From positions 1-42,183 of the forward strand of contig PIVZ01000002.1 of the NCBI GenBank assembly GCA_003354045.1: a stretch of 42,183 nt of DNA, in the 5' to 3' direction. Below the pieces are notes generated by a model that was not told the DNA's origin, made no database searches, and saw only the letters and a program-made list of their open reading frames with translations. Both the position numbers and the translations under genes were made by a program. Positions 22,281-31,383 of the stretch are shown here, piece after piece (within the stretch, counting starts at the first letter, position 1; every line of letters begins with the position of its first letter). This DNA is from a bacterium (GTDB lineage Bacteria > Desulfobacterota > Binatia > UBA1149 > CAITLU01).

Positions 22281-22299
22281 GGACCGAGGCGTGGTGGTT

Positions 22300-22315
22300 G
22301 GGGGCTTCGGCCCCT
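22300..22315 (+). terminator. GGGGC-UUCG-GCCCC hairpin after the capsid gene (attenuator or stabiliser; no U tract).
   Basis: 5 G-C/C-G pairs plus a closing G-U, with a UUCG tetraloop, 20 nt after the capsid stop. Confidence 0.35.
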
Positions 22316-22339
22316 GACCATCATCCGCTTGGAGGCAGT

Positions 22340-22747
22340 ATGCAGGTAGAGCAACACGACTACGTCCTCCAGGCCGGGCTCCTGAGTCTCGCTACTACGC
22401 TGAAGACGGAGCGCATCCCGGTCCCGGTGTCTTCGTGGCTCGTCGGCATCATGATCCATTCTCCCGGAGTCGTGATCGACACGCCATGTGACGTCGAGGT
22501 TTACAAGAACGACGCCGCGATGTCTCCGCGTGTATTCGCGACGTACTCCGTTGCAGCGCTTGCAGGCGACGTTGGTGCCACCGTGCGGATGGAGAGCATG
22601 AAGGACCACGTCGCGGCGGTGATAACCAGGGGCCAGGCTGCTCACTTTGACCTTGGGGATTCGATCGAGATCCTGTCTGGCGGGGACGCTACGGCCACCG
22701 GGCTCACATGCCAGGTGTCATTGATCATGCGGAAGGGTTCGCTTTAG
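22340..22747 (+). CDS. Capsid-associated protein, one copy of a roughly 115-aa module.
   Basis: 135 aa from ATG 22340 (GGAGG upstream). Shares ...HFDLGDSIEILSGGDATATG...QVSLIM with the two modules of the next gene. Confidence 0.65.
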   Translation: MQVEQHDYVLQAGLLSLATTLKTERIPVPVSSWLVGIMIHSPGVVIDTPCDVEVYKNDAAMSPRVFATYSVAALAGDVGATVRMESMKDHVAAVITRGQAAHFDLGDSIEILSGGDATATGLTCQVSLIMRKGSL

Positions 22748-22756
22748 GAGAAGTAC

Positions 22757-23476
22757 ATGAGCGCCGATTCGGACGTCTATGCACCGATGGGTGTCGCCGC
22801 CGACTACAGTGCCGCCACGGCTACGACCAAGAACTTCGTAGCAGTAGCGAATCAACTCGTGAAGGGTCTCGTGGTCCACGTCGACGACACGGGAGACACG
22901 ACCGCCACCGTCTGGGATCTGTACGTGAATGGCTCAGATGCGTCGGTAGGGTTCCTGCAGATGCTCTCAGCAGACGGAGGCCCAGCCAACAACCGCGGAG
23001 TATACGCTGGCGCGGATGCTCGGCATCAAGTGCATGCTGGCGACCTGCTCTCGATACAGCCGGATGGCAATGATGGAGGCATCTCTCCTGAGGCCTACTG
23101 CACGCTCGTGATGGATCGAGGCAACAGGTCGAACGGCGAGATCTACGCCTACATGGGCTTCACGACTGCGTACGATACGGCCGTGGCTCTCGATGAGAAG
23201 TTCGCTGCTCCGATGAACCTGAAGGTTGCTGGGCTGGCTGTCCACTACGTCGCGGCGCCAACCACGACCGCCACCGAGTGGCAGCTCTTCGTGAACGGGG
23301 CGGACTCTGGTTGTGGGTTCGTTGGGCCTATCGTCCACACGCTCAACACCGGCATCGTTCTCGCTCCAGACTCTCGGTTCGAGGTCAAGGAGGGCGACCT
23401 CCTGACGATCGTCCCGGACGGAAACGACGGCGGCACGGGCGTCGATGCCCATGCGCAGTTGATCTTGATGAGGTAG
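22757..23476 (+). CDS. Capsid-associated protein, tandem duplication of the same module.
   Basis: 239 aa. Halves align: VHVDDTGDTTATVWDLYVNGSDAS...GDLLSIQPDGNDGG...TLVM with VHYVAAPTTTATEWQLFVNGADSG...GDLLTIVPDGNDGG...QLILM. Confidence 0.7.
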   Translation: MSADSDVYAPMGVAADYSAATATTKNFVAVANQLVKGLVVHVDDTGDTTATVWDLYVNGSDASVGFLQMLSADGGPANNRGVYAGADARHQVHAGDLLSIQPDGNDGGISPEAYCTLVMDRGNRSNGEIYAYMGFTTAYDTAVALDEKFAAPMNLKVAGLAVHYVAAPTTTATEWQLFVNGADSGCGFVGPIVHTLNTGIVLAPDSRFEVKEGDLLTIVPDGNDGGTGVDAHAQLILMR

Positions 23477-23480
23477 TCCG

Positions 23481-24392
23481 ATGAACAATCTCCCCGGATG
23501 GCTGGGCAGTGGCACCCCTGTCCTGAAGCTGGACGGGGACGCGGACACGATCAACACCTCGACAACGCCTGTTGTCGGCACGATCCCCCTGTTGTCTAGC
23601 GGGGCGAAGGCTCCTTACCTTGCGCTTGGCGGTACGCTGAATGATCACGTCTTCAACGTCGGCACAACTGCGTCTGTGGATGCGACGAAGGGTGCTCTGC
23701 TCAGGACGAACGAATTGCCTGGGTTAATCTTCTCCACTAGGGGCAGGTCCCATTACGCCATTGCGACAACCGTTGGCGCCTCTTCAGATATCTCCGTTTC
23801 TCCGGTAGCGTCGATCTCGCAATGCGACGTCCCATTACAACTCGGCAGTGACAGTGTCCGAGATGCCACGATTGCGGTTGGGGGCACGACTGAGATTCTG
23901 ATTCCAATCCTGAGCGGAACGTGGCACGACCCTAACGAAGGCGCTGCGGTGACGTTTGTTGACGCCACACGCGTAAGCGTTGCTGAAATCGACGTCACCG
24001 CCCAGTTCCCTACCAACAAGAAGGTGAAGGTCACCCATGCCACGGGCAACGACGTCGTAGCATTCGTGGCCTCTTCCTCGTTCTCAACTAACACGTCGAT
24101 CACACTTGAGGGATTCGTCGCTGCAGCGCCTGACGATGCAGTGCGGGCCGATGCTGATGGGATCCTGTTCAACGATGGAGCACGGGCGCGGTTCGTTCTC
24201 GTGAACGGTCATAATAGAGTGTACGTGCGTCAGGGCCTCACTGGAGAAACGATTCACACCCCTGCCATCCAAGGCCTTCGTGTGCGCCAAGACTTCTCGT
24301 GGTGCCTCAACGTCACTGGTGCCACCCACATTCTCGCTACGTCTCGTGATGGCACTGGGCGAGATCTAACCGTCACACCAATCGAGGTCTAG
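23481..24392 (+). CDS. Structural protein with a fibre-anchor-like central domain.
   Basis: 303 aa. The central segment VTFVDATRVSVAEIDVTAQFPTNKKVKVTHATGNDVVAFVASSSFS aligns with residues near the N-terminus of the tailspike (34698). Confidence 0.65.
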   Translation: MNNLPGWLGSGTPVLKLDGDADTINTSTTPVVGTIPLLSSGAKAPYLALGGTLNDHVFNVGTTASVDATKGALLRTNELPGLIFSTRGRSHYAIATTVGASSDISVSPVASISQCDVPLQLGSDSVRDATIAVGGTTEILIPILSGTWHDPNEGAAVTFVDATRVSVAEIDVTAQFPTNKKVKVTHATGNDVVAFVASSSFSTNTSITLEGFVAAAPDDAVRADADGILFNDGARARFVLVNGHNRVYVRQGLTGETIHTPAIQGLRVRQDFSWCLNVTGATHILATSRDGTGRDLTVTPIEV

Positions 24393-24395
24393 TCC

Positions 24396-24728
24396 ATGGA
24401 CGCTCTGCAACTTGGTTCCGATTCCACCACGGTGGCACTTCATCTGACCGTCCCTGTAAGTGTGAGTACTGCCATCCCGACAGACAGTTCCGGTGCCGAA
24501 GCGCAGGCGTGTCTCATATCGTGCGATCTCGATCTGTACTTCCTGCTGGCGGGTCCGGCTGCCGATGCGAAGTCTGTGGGCGGTGCGTCAGCGGTCACTG
24601 CGGCTACGGGTTGCGTGTTGCGCGCGGCCCAGCCGATGGTCGTGAGGACGAGGGGCTTCTCCCACATCTTCCACATCGGTATCGCTGGGGCTGAGACGCT
24701 CACGATCACACCCCTGGAGAACGGATGA
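24396..24728 (+). CDS. Structural protein related to the terminal domains of the preceding gene.
   Basis: 110 aa. ...VVRTRGFSHIFHIGIAGAETLTITPLE compares with ...FSTRGRSHYAIATT...ISVSPVA and ...THILATSRDGTGRDLTVTPIE. Confidence 0.6.
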   Translation: MDALQLGSDSTTVALHLTVPVSVSTAIPTDSSGAEAQACLISCDLDLYFLLAGPAADAKSVGGASAVTAATGCVLRAAQPMVVRTRGFSHIFHIGIAGAETLTITPLENG

Positions 24729-24729
24729 C

Positions 24730-25182
24730 ATGAGCCTTCAAGGGAATCTGCGCGAGATGAGCGAGGCGACCGCAATCGTCCGTGGCGACATGGGCTTCGG
24801 CAACAAGGTTTCAGATAGTGCAATGGAGCGGCTGGCCACCGCGACTGGCAATGCGGAGGACGTTCACCACTTCGATCAGGTGACTGGAGAAACGACGATC
24901 GAGACCGTGCAGGACGTCAGTTCAATTCTTGAGGCCAACAAGCGAGATCGCCTCTCTGGCAATGACGGCTACTCACCGTCGAGAGACATGAGGCATGTGG
25001 CGCGGATCCCGTTGGGGCTCGTGAACGAGTTTCACAATATGGGGCTCAATATCATGAACCCAGACGACTGGAAGATCATCAAGGGCCTGCTCGACGACAA
25101 CGACTACTTGGCGTTGCGGACGTCTGACGGGAAGCTTTCGAGCAAGCCGCGTCGGCAATACATCGTGCCAGCTGGGAGGTGA
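24730..25182 (+). CDS. Hypothetical virion-module protein.
   Basis: 150 aa, tightly packed in the operon. Confidence 0.6.
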   Translation: MSLQGNLREMSEATAIVRGDMGFGNKVSDSAMERLATATGNAEDVHHFDQVTGETTIETVQDVSSILEANKRDRLSGNDGYSPSRDMRHVARIPLGLVNEFHNMGLNIMNPDDWKIIKGLLDDNDYLALRTSDGKLSSKPRRQYIVPAGR

Positions 25183-25188
25183 GGATCG

Positions 25189-25836
25189 GTGGCTGAACTG
25201 CAAAGCTACAAGGCGCTCATCGAGACGGTGGAGAGTTATCTTCATCGATCCGACATCGAGGATGACATCCGCGTGATGATCTGGCTCGCAGAGTGTGCCA
25301 TTCAGCGCACGCTCGACATGCGAATCAATGACACACAGATTGACGGCGTCACCATCGCTGGCCAGGATTACATCGATCTGCCGAGAGACTACGTCGAGGG
25401 AAAGTTCCTCAATTGGACGAGCGACTCTCAGTTGCCGAACCTCGAAATCACCTCTCTCGACATGACAACCTACACCCAGAAGAACCCTCAGCTCGTCCCA
25501 TCGACTGGCAACCGGGTGCGGGTGGCAACGGTCCACGGAAACCGGCTCATCATTGGCCAATCTCCGGGAGAGAAGGCGTACACGCTCTATTACCGCTCCG
25601 GGGTCAGTCATCTCAGCGAGGACGCACCGTCGAACATCTTGCTGCGGGAATACCCGGACACGTTGGTGTTCGGTGCGCTCACCGTGTCCGCTCCATTCGT
25701 AGGTGCTGATGAGCGAATGCCGGTGTGGCAGTCCTTCTACGCTGATGGTCTGGAAGAAACCCGTCAAGCAGTTTGGCGTGCGCGAGCGAGCAGCGGGACG
25801 CTTCGGATGAGACCCGAAGTGACCATCTTGGTATAA
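25189..25836 (+). CDS. Adaptor / tail-tubular-A-like protein (by size and position).
   Basis: 215 aa. GTG start with GGGAGGTGAGGA upstream. Precedes the 532-aa protein, as T7 gp11 precedes gp12. Confidence 0.5.
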   Translation: MAELQSYKALIETVESYLHRSDIEDDIRVMIWLAECAIQRTLDMRINDTQIDGVTIAGQDYIDLPRDYVEGKFLNWTSDSQLPNLEITSLDMTTYTQKNPQLVPSTGNRVRVATVHGNRLIIGQSPGEKAYTLYYRSGVSHLSEDAPSNILLREYPDTLVFGALTVSAPFVGADERMPVWQSFYADGLEETRQAVWRARASSGTLRMRPEVTILV

Positions 25837-25847
25837 GAGGAGGTGAG

Positions 25848-27446
25848 GTGGCAGAGAAGCCGGCAAGAGTGCCCTTCGGCGACTACAAGCCAGACCTGTC
25901 AGATATGCTCAACGACGGGCTCGAGGTCGCCGAGAACACGATCCCCATTCAAGGGGGCTACGACGGCATCCTTGCGCTTGCTGACCTCCCCACATTCACA
26001 GCGCTCTCTGAGCGTCCCAAGGGAGCGATAGCCGGGATCGACGCGAAGGGGAACCCGTACAACTTCGCAGGCACCGAGTCGAAGCTCTACGCACTCCGCA
26101 GCGCTACGACCGATGTGACCCGAGCCTCCGGTGCGTACAGCTGCAAGGGTGACAAGCAGTGGGAGTTCGGGGTTCACGGAAACAACATCATTGGCGTTCA
26201 GCGTGGCGATGTTCCTCAGTACTACACGCTGGGCGCCGTTCAGCCGTTCAAGGATCTCGGCAACCCGGACACGACGGGCACAGTCGCTCCGAAGGCTGCT
26301 CACATCGGGATCGTTGGTTCATTCGTGATGCTCGGCAACACGGTGGATTCGATCAATGGTGCGGATCCCGCCGCAATCCACTGGTCGGCCCAAAATGACC
26401 CGTTCAACTGGCCAACCCCAGGAGGAGATGTCGCGCGTGCATTGCTGTCTGGCAGGCAGTCGCTGATTGGAGACGGTGGTGCTGTTCAACGGATTGTCAC
26501 CGGGAGCGACGTCACCTCTGTCTTCCAAGAGCGGGTGATCAACCGCGTTGAGTTCGTGGGCGGGGACGGGGTCTTCCAGATTGATCCGGTCGAGCCCAAC
26601 CGCGGCCTTCTCATCCCTGCGATCTGCGTTCCGTTCGGGCGCAACATCTTCTACTTGGCCGAGGACGGCTTCTACGTCTTCGACTCGGTCCAGTCTACTT
26701 CGGTGGGTCGCGAGATCATCGACCAGACATTCCTCGCCGACATCGACACCCAGTACTTCGGAAGAGTTTCGGCAGCGCGAGACCCAGACCGACAACACAT
26801 CTGGATCGTCTACCCAGGTGCTGGGAATACGGCTGGCGCTCCGAACAAGTACCTCGTCTACGACTGGGGTCTCAACCGCTTCTCCCACGGCGACTTCGTG
26901 GGAGAGTTGATCACTCAGGCGGTCGACGCTGGCGTGACGCTAGACACCCCTCTGACCGGATCCGGAGACTCACGCTTGGTTGGAGACCCGGATGCGGTGG
27001 GAGACGACCCGAACTATGTGAAAGGTGGCATTGACGGTGTCCACCTCACCACCGCCGTGCCGCTGCCTTCGCTTGATGCTCGGATTGCCAATCCCGGAGC
27101 GCTGAAGCTCGGGGCGTACTCCTCGACGAACTTCTTGCAGGACTTTAGCGGCTCGGGAACGGCAGCGACTCTTGAGACCGGGAATCGTGAGCTCATTCCC
27201 GGCGCGAGGTCGCTTGCCACCCGAGCCCAGATCATGGTCGACAGCGTGAACCCGACTCTCCAAGTTGCTGGGTTGAAGCGCACGAATGCCACCGCTCGAT
27301 TCTCGAAAGCGAAGCGGGTGGACGATGATGGGGATGCTCCCGCTCTCGTCGATGGTCGGTTCCACAAGTTCCGAGTGAATCTCCCAGGAGGCTTTGGCTC
27401 GGCGCTCTACATGGACGTCTACCATCAGCAATCGGGGAAGTGGTGA
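25848..27446 (+). CDS. Nozzle / tail-tubular-B-like protein (by size and position).
   Basis: 532 aa from GTG 25848 (AGAGGAGGTGAG upstream). Confidence 0.5.
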   Translation: MAEKPARVPFGDYKPDLSDMLNDGLEVAENTIPIQGGYDGILALADLPTFTALSERPKGAIAGIDAKGNPYNFAGTESKLYALRSATTDVTRASGAYSCKGDKQWEFGVHGNNIIGVQRGDVPQYYTLGAVQPFKDLGNPDTTGTVAPKAAHIGIVGSFVMLGNTVDSINGADPAAIHWSAQNDPFNWPTPGGDVARALLSGRQSLIGDGGAVQRIVTGSDVTSVFQERVINRVEFVGGDGVFQIDPVEPNRGLLIPAICVPFGRNIFYLAEDGFYVFDSVQSTSVGREIIDQTFLADIDTQYFGRVSAARDPDRQHIWIVYPGAGNTAGAPNKYLVYDWGLNRFSHGDFVGELITQAVDAGVTLDTPLTGSGDSRLVGDPDAVGDDPNYVKGGIDGVHLTTAVPLPSLDARIANPGALKLGAYSSTNFLQDFSGSGTAATLETGNRELIPGARSLATRAQIMVDSVNPTLQVAGLKRTNATARFSKAKRVDDDGDAPALVDGRFHKFRVNLPGGFGSALYMDVYHQQSGKW

Positions 27447-27447
27447 T

Positions 27448-27780
27448 ATGGCTGAACGGCACGCAGTTCCTCCGAGGTTCTGGACGCAGGAGAGTCCGGA
27501 TGAGATCTTCAGGAAGATTTCGCAGACGGTACAAGGTCTGCTAAAGGGTCTTTCTAACAACTGGCGGAAGGTGGAACTCGTCGAGGACGAGACTGTGACT
27601 GAGATCGGTGTTGAGTACGCGATGTCGGGCATGGTGGCACTCTTCTCTCCGCAAGACGCAACGACCGCAGCCGAGATCGCCGCAGGGACGATCTGGGCAA
27701 CCGTCGAAGAAGGCAAGGTGGTGATTCACCATGGCGCAGCCTCTGGAACAAGAACCCTTGGTGTCTGCCTGCTTGGTTGA
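27448..27780 (+). CDS. Hypothetical virion-module protein.
   Basis: 110 aa from ATG 27448. Confidence 0.55.
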   Translation: MAERHAVPPRFWTQESPDEIFRKISQTVQGLLKGLSNNWRKVELVEDETVTEIGVEYAMSGMVALFSPQDATTAAEIAAGTIWATVEEGKVVIHHGAASGTRTLGVCLLG

Positions 27781-28198
27781 GATCATACGCATCCTCCCTG
27801 ATGACGTTGAACTCGCATGGCAGCCTGCTAAGGAGTTCTTGCGCCGCGCATTCGATACGACGAAGAAGCTCGACAATGACGATGCGATGGCGCTCTGCTC
27901 GTCAGGAGAGGCGGATTTGTGGATTGGCGTGGATCCGTACTCATCTGAACCCTGCGTGATGGGTGCTGCGATCACCACGATCGAGGACTACACGAACGGC
28001 TACAAGGTCGTGACGCTTCTCGCGATGGGTGGGGACGACTTCCACTCTTGGGACATTGCGCTGCTGCGTTCCGTCGAAGAGTACGGTCGCCTCCACGGGT
28101 GCGATGCGATAGAGATCCAAGGCCGGAAGGGCTGGGGGCGTTGGTTCCGCGACGAGGGCTTCGAGCCCACCTCGTGGCACTACGCGAAGGAGTTGTAG
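27731..28198 (+). CDS. GNAT-like acetyltransferase-fold protein; start uncertain.
   Basis: 155 aa. ALLRSVEEYGRLHGCDAIEIQGRKGWGRWFRDEGFEP resembles the motif A/B region of GNAT enzymes. Overlaps the previous gene by 50 nt. Confidence 0.45.
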   Translation: MAQPLEQEPLVSACLVEIIRILPDDVELAWQPAKEFLRRAFDTTKKLDNDDAMALCSSGEADLWIGVDPYSSEPCVMGAAITTIEDYTNGYKVVTLLAMGGDDFHSWDIALLRSVEEYGRLHGCDAIEIQGRKGWGRWFRDEGFEPTSWHYAKEL

Positions 28199-28199
28199 G

Positions 28200-29030
28200 A
28201 TGGGTGGTGGAAGCTCAAAGAATAAGTCGTGGTCGAAATCTGAGGAAAATTCGAGCGCTGGAATTTGGGGCGAACAGGCTGCCTACATGCAAGACGTCTA
28301 CTCTCGTGCCCAGGGGCGTGCCGGAGCCGATCCGTACAGCTACGGCGCTAGTCGCATTGCAGACCTTGACCCTCGCATGCAGCAGGCTCTCGGCGCTGCC
28401 GGTGGGCAGTTCGCTAGCGGTCAGGAGCAGCTCGGCCAAGCAGGGCAAGTTCTCGGCCAAGCGGACGCAGCGATCGGCGACACTCTGGGTGGGAAGTATC
28501 TCGACCCGTCTCAGAACACCTCACTCGAGCGGACTCGCCAGATTGGTGCTCGCGGACTCACCGAGGACTTTTACGGCGCGACCAACGCCCTTGGCTCGTC
28601 GATGGAAGCAGCGGGTCGCACGGGCTCCGGAGCTCACGCTTACGGCACCGACGTCAATCAGCGAAACCTCGCCACCGGGCTCGGCGACATGAACGCCGCG
28701 CTCTACGGCCAGAACTACCAGTCGGAGCGTGACCGCATGATGGGGGCAGCCTCCCAGGCCGGAGGTCTGGCACAGGGTTACGGCCAACAGGCGCAGGCCG
28801 GGTGGGGCAACGTGATGGGCCTCGCCGGAGTTGGAAATATCGGATACCAGCGCGATAGCGCCCTTGCTCAGGAGGGTGGGGCACGTCACATGTTCGGCCA
28901 GACCGCTGAAGACGAGCAGCTCATGCGCTACCAGCAGATGCTCGGAGGCCCGGTGATGACCAGTCGGTCCAATGCGTGGTCGGAGACCAGGAGCAAGGGC
29001 AAGTCTGCATCCGGGGGACTTGGACAATGA
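28200..29030 (+). CDS. Internal virion protein (Gly/Gln/Ala-rich).
   Basis: 276 aa, starting MGGGSSKNKSW. Position corresponds to T7 gp13/14-type proteins. Confidence 0.55.
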   Translation: MGGGSSKNKSWSKSEENSSAGIWGEQAAYMQDVYSRAQGRAGADPYSYGASRIADLDPRMQQALGAAGGQFASGQEQLGQAGQVLGQADAAIGDTLGGKYLDPSQNTSLERTRQIGARGLTEDFYGATNALGSSMEAAGRTGSGAHAYGTDVNQRNLATGLGDMNAALYGQNYQSERDRMMGAASQAGGLAQGYGQQAQAGWGNVMGLAGVGNIGYQRDSALAQEGGARHMFGQTAEDEQLMRYQQMLGGPVMTSRSNAWSETRSKGKSASGGLGQ

Positions 29031-29386
29031 TCGGCTTCTCTTGGTTGGGCATGATCGCGAAACTCATCGCGAGCAAGGTTGGCTCAAGCCCAAACAAAGG
29101 CATAGCCGGCCAGCCTGAGGGCGGCCAGGAGGGGTTCAGAATGCCCCAAGCCGCCAAGGACTTCACTCAGTCCAAGCCTGGGGCTCAGACCGCGATGGCC
29201 TTGCTTGGCGGTGCTCGGAACGTAGGGTCAGCGATGCGCGGCGATCAGACGTTCGGCGACGTGGCGGCCAAGGGCGGGAACTATTTGATGAACCGTGGAC
29301 TCGGCGCTGCTGGCTTTGATAATGCAACCGGCGATATGGCGCAGAAGAAGATCGGCGGTTTCATTGGCGGACTCTTCGGGAGATAA
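29027..29386 (+). CDS. Small internal virion protein with a hydrophobic N-terminus.
   Basis: 119 aa from ATG 29027 (ATGA overlap). Product MIGFSWLGMIAKLIASKV... Confidence 0.55.
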   Translation: MIGFSWLGMIAKLIASKVGSSPNKGIAGQPEGGQEGFRMPQAAKDFTQSKPGAQTAMALLGGARNVGSAMRGDQTFGDVAAKGGNYLMNRGLGAAGFDNATGDMAQKKIGGFIGGLFGR

Positions 29387-29388
29387 CA

Positions 29389-30720
29389 ATGGCACTTGGA
29401 GTAGACGCACTATTCGCGAAGAAGAGGCTTGGCAGTGGTTACGGGGTTCTCGCAGCAGAGGATCCCAACGACTTCGCCATGCCCGATCGTACCGCTCGTC
29501 CGATGCCTTCAGACAGCTCTTCGTCGATGCCGAGGACGGGTGAGGCCGAGAAGTTCGATTTTGCCAAGTACCAAACACCATTGGAAGATCCGAACAAGAT
29601 TCTTGCTGGCCTCTCTGCGCTAATGGGCATGACACGCAAAGACCCGTTCGGCGGGTGGAACGAGAGCATTGAGTACCAGCGTGGTTCGGCGCAGCGCGAC
29701 CGCCGTGAGGAACTCCACTCCGACCTTGCTTCTTTCCTGAAGGGTCGCGAGATGACTCCGGCTGAGGGCGCGAGCCTCTACGAAGCGGAGCACTACCTCG
29801 GCAACATGAGCGCCACGAGGCCTCCTCAGGCTCGTCAGCCAAACCAGCAGAGCGTCTTCGACCAGCGCATTGCTCGCCAGAGTCCAGCGATGAGGCAGCG
29901 CTTCGACGACATGAGCGACGCTGAGCTGATCAACATGATCGAGATGTCGGAGATTGGGATTGCGGAGCAGGATGAGAAGTCCATCATCGCGAGCGGTCGT
30001 CTTCCCAATCGCCCTGCCGACAAGTACTCCTACGAGTCATTGGCTGCGTTCCGAGAATCCTTCTTGCCGACAATCAACGATACGCCGGAGGATGCGGCTG
30101 AAAATCGCAAGAGGCATCAGCGCCTCGACAGGCTCAGGCGCGAGCGCGGTCTTCCCCCCGCACCTCCTCCATCCGGTGTTGAGGCAGAGATCGACGCGCT
30201 CGGCGCTCCTGACAGCGGTTCGTCATATCTGCCACCGGAGGCCGCGCCTTCCTCGGTGCCGTCTCCGTTCGAGGCCGAGAGTGCTCGCGAGGCAGGTCAG
30301 GCAGTCATCCCGTGGATGGCAGATGCCGCCATGGGGAACAATCCAGTCGATCGATACCTGGCAGGCCAAGTTAGCGGTGCGATGGATTGGTGGGAAAAGA
30401 ACGCAAGGTTTGGCACTCCAGAATCAGTCCGGCATGGCACTCAGTATTTGACCCGACCCGATCCTGACGAGGAGGCTGCCCGAGAGGCCGCCAACAAGCC
30501 ACTGGAAGAGTTCATCGGTGGCATCGGAGACTTTGCGATGCCTAGCGTCAAGGGCCTCTCCGACGTAGGTCAGCACCCGACCTCCCCCTCGGCAATGAGC
30601 GGCTTGGATCAGCTCGAGGGCATGGACGCGCGGGACCTCCAGTTGACGCTGCTCGGCTACGACGTCGCGAACATGACCGATGAGGAGAAGCGGGCGGCCT
30701 ACCGGGATCATGGTCTATGA
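29389..30720 (+). CDS. Internal virion protein.
   Basis: 443 aa. No motif recognised. Call is by position. Confidence 0.6.
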   Translation: MALGVDALFAKKRLGSGYGVLAAEDPNDFAMPDRTARPMPSDSSSSMPRTGEAEKFDFAKYQTPLEDPNKILAGLSALMGMTRKDPFGGWNESIEYQRGSAQRDRREELHSDLASFLKGREMTPAEGASLYEAEHYLGNMSATRPPQARQPNQQSVFDQRIARQSPAMRQRFDDMSDAELINMIEMSEIGIAEQDEKSIIASGRLPNRPADKYSYESLAAFRESFLPTINDTPEDAAENRKRHQRLDRLRRERGLPPAPPPSGVEAEIDALGAPDSGSSYLPPEAAPSSVPSPFEAESAREAGQAVIPWMADAAMGNNPVDRYLAGQVSGAMDWWEKNARFGTPESVRHGTQYLTRPDPDEEAAREAANKPLEEFIGGIGDFAMPSVKGLSDVGQHPTSPSAMSGLDQLEGMDARDLQLTLLGYDVANMTDEEKRAAYRDHGL

Positions 30721-31382
30721 GCACGCTGTTTCCGGAGAAGGGGACGGCGGCTCGTCGTGATCTCGAAGAGGCGGGTGGCGTTCCTCGTCGCGAGCGCATG
30801 TTGCGTCGTCAGATGCTTCAGGAGAGCGTTGGCGACCCCTCCGCGAGGAACAGCAGAACCGGAGCGGCCGGCTTGATGCAGGTCATGCCAGCAACAGCGA
30901 GGAAGCCTGGGTACGGCGTCCGGCCGATGGATTGGAACATGCGTTTCGACGCGGAGGAGAACCAGCGCTTCGGTACCGACTACATGGACGCGATGATGTC
31001 GAGGTTCGGCGGTGATGAGCGGCGTGCTCTGGCTGCCTACAACTGGGGGCCTGGTCGCGCTGCGCGCTGGAGCGGGCGAGATGAGGATCTACCGTCCGAG
31101 ACCGACAAGTACATCGAGAACATCCTGGGCGAGGGCGAGATCTACGGCTTCGCTTCGCTGAAGGACGCTCAGGACCACTTCGGCCACAAGCACGTCGGAT
31201 CCATCCGGCCTTCCGCGGGGGCTCGTCAGAGGCTCCTCGACGCTTCTGATCCCGGTGCTGACGATGACGACATCACGATGCGCCGCCGGCGGGGCAAGAG
31301 GTCGGTAGGCAATTACTTGTCCTCAATGCAGGAGGCTCGTGGCTTCCGCTTCCCGCAACTAAGAGAGGGATCGAAGTACTGA
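30717..31382 (+). CDS. Lytic transglycosylase (SLT domain), virion-associated.
   Basis: 221 aa. Catalytic-Glu context LQESVGDPSA, plus AAGLMQVMPATA and AAYNWGPGRA. Confidence 0.85.
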   Translation: MSTLFPEKGTAARRDLEEAGGVPRRERMLRRQMLQESVGDPSARNSRTGAAGLMQVMPATARKPGYGVRPMDWNMRFDAEENQRFGTDYMDAMMSRFGGDERRALAAYNWGPGRAARWSGRDEDLPSETDKYIENILGEGEIYGFASLKDAQDHFGHKHVGSIRPSAGARQRLLDASDPGADDDDITMRRRRGKRSVGNYLSSMQEARGFRFPQLREGSKY

Positions 31383-31383
31383 T

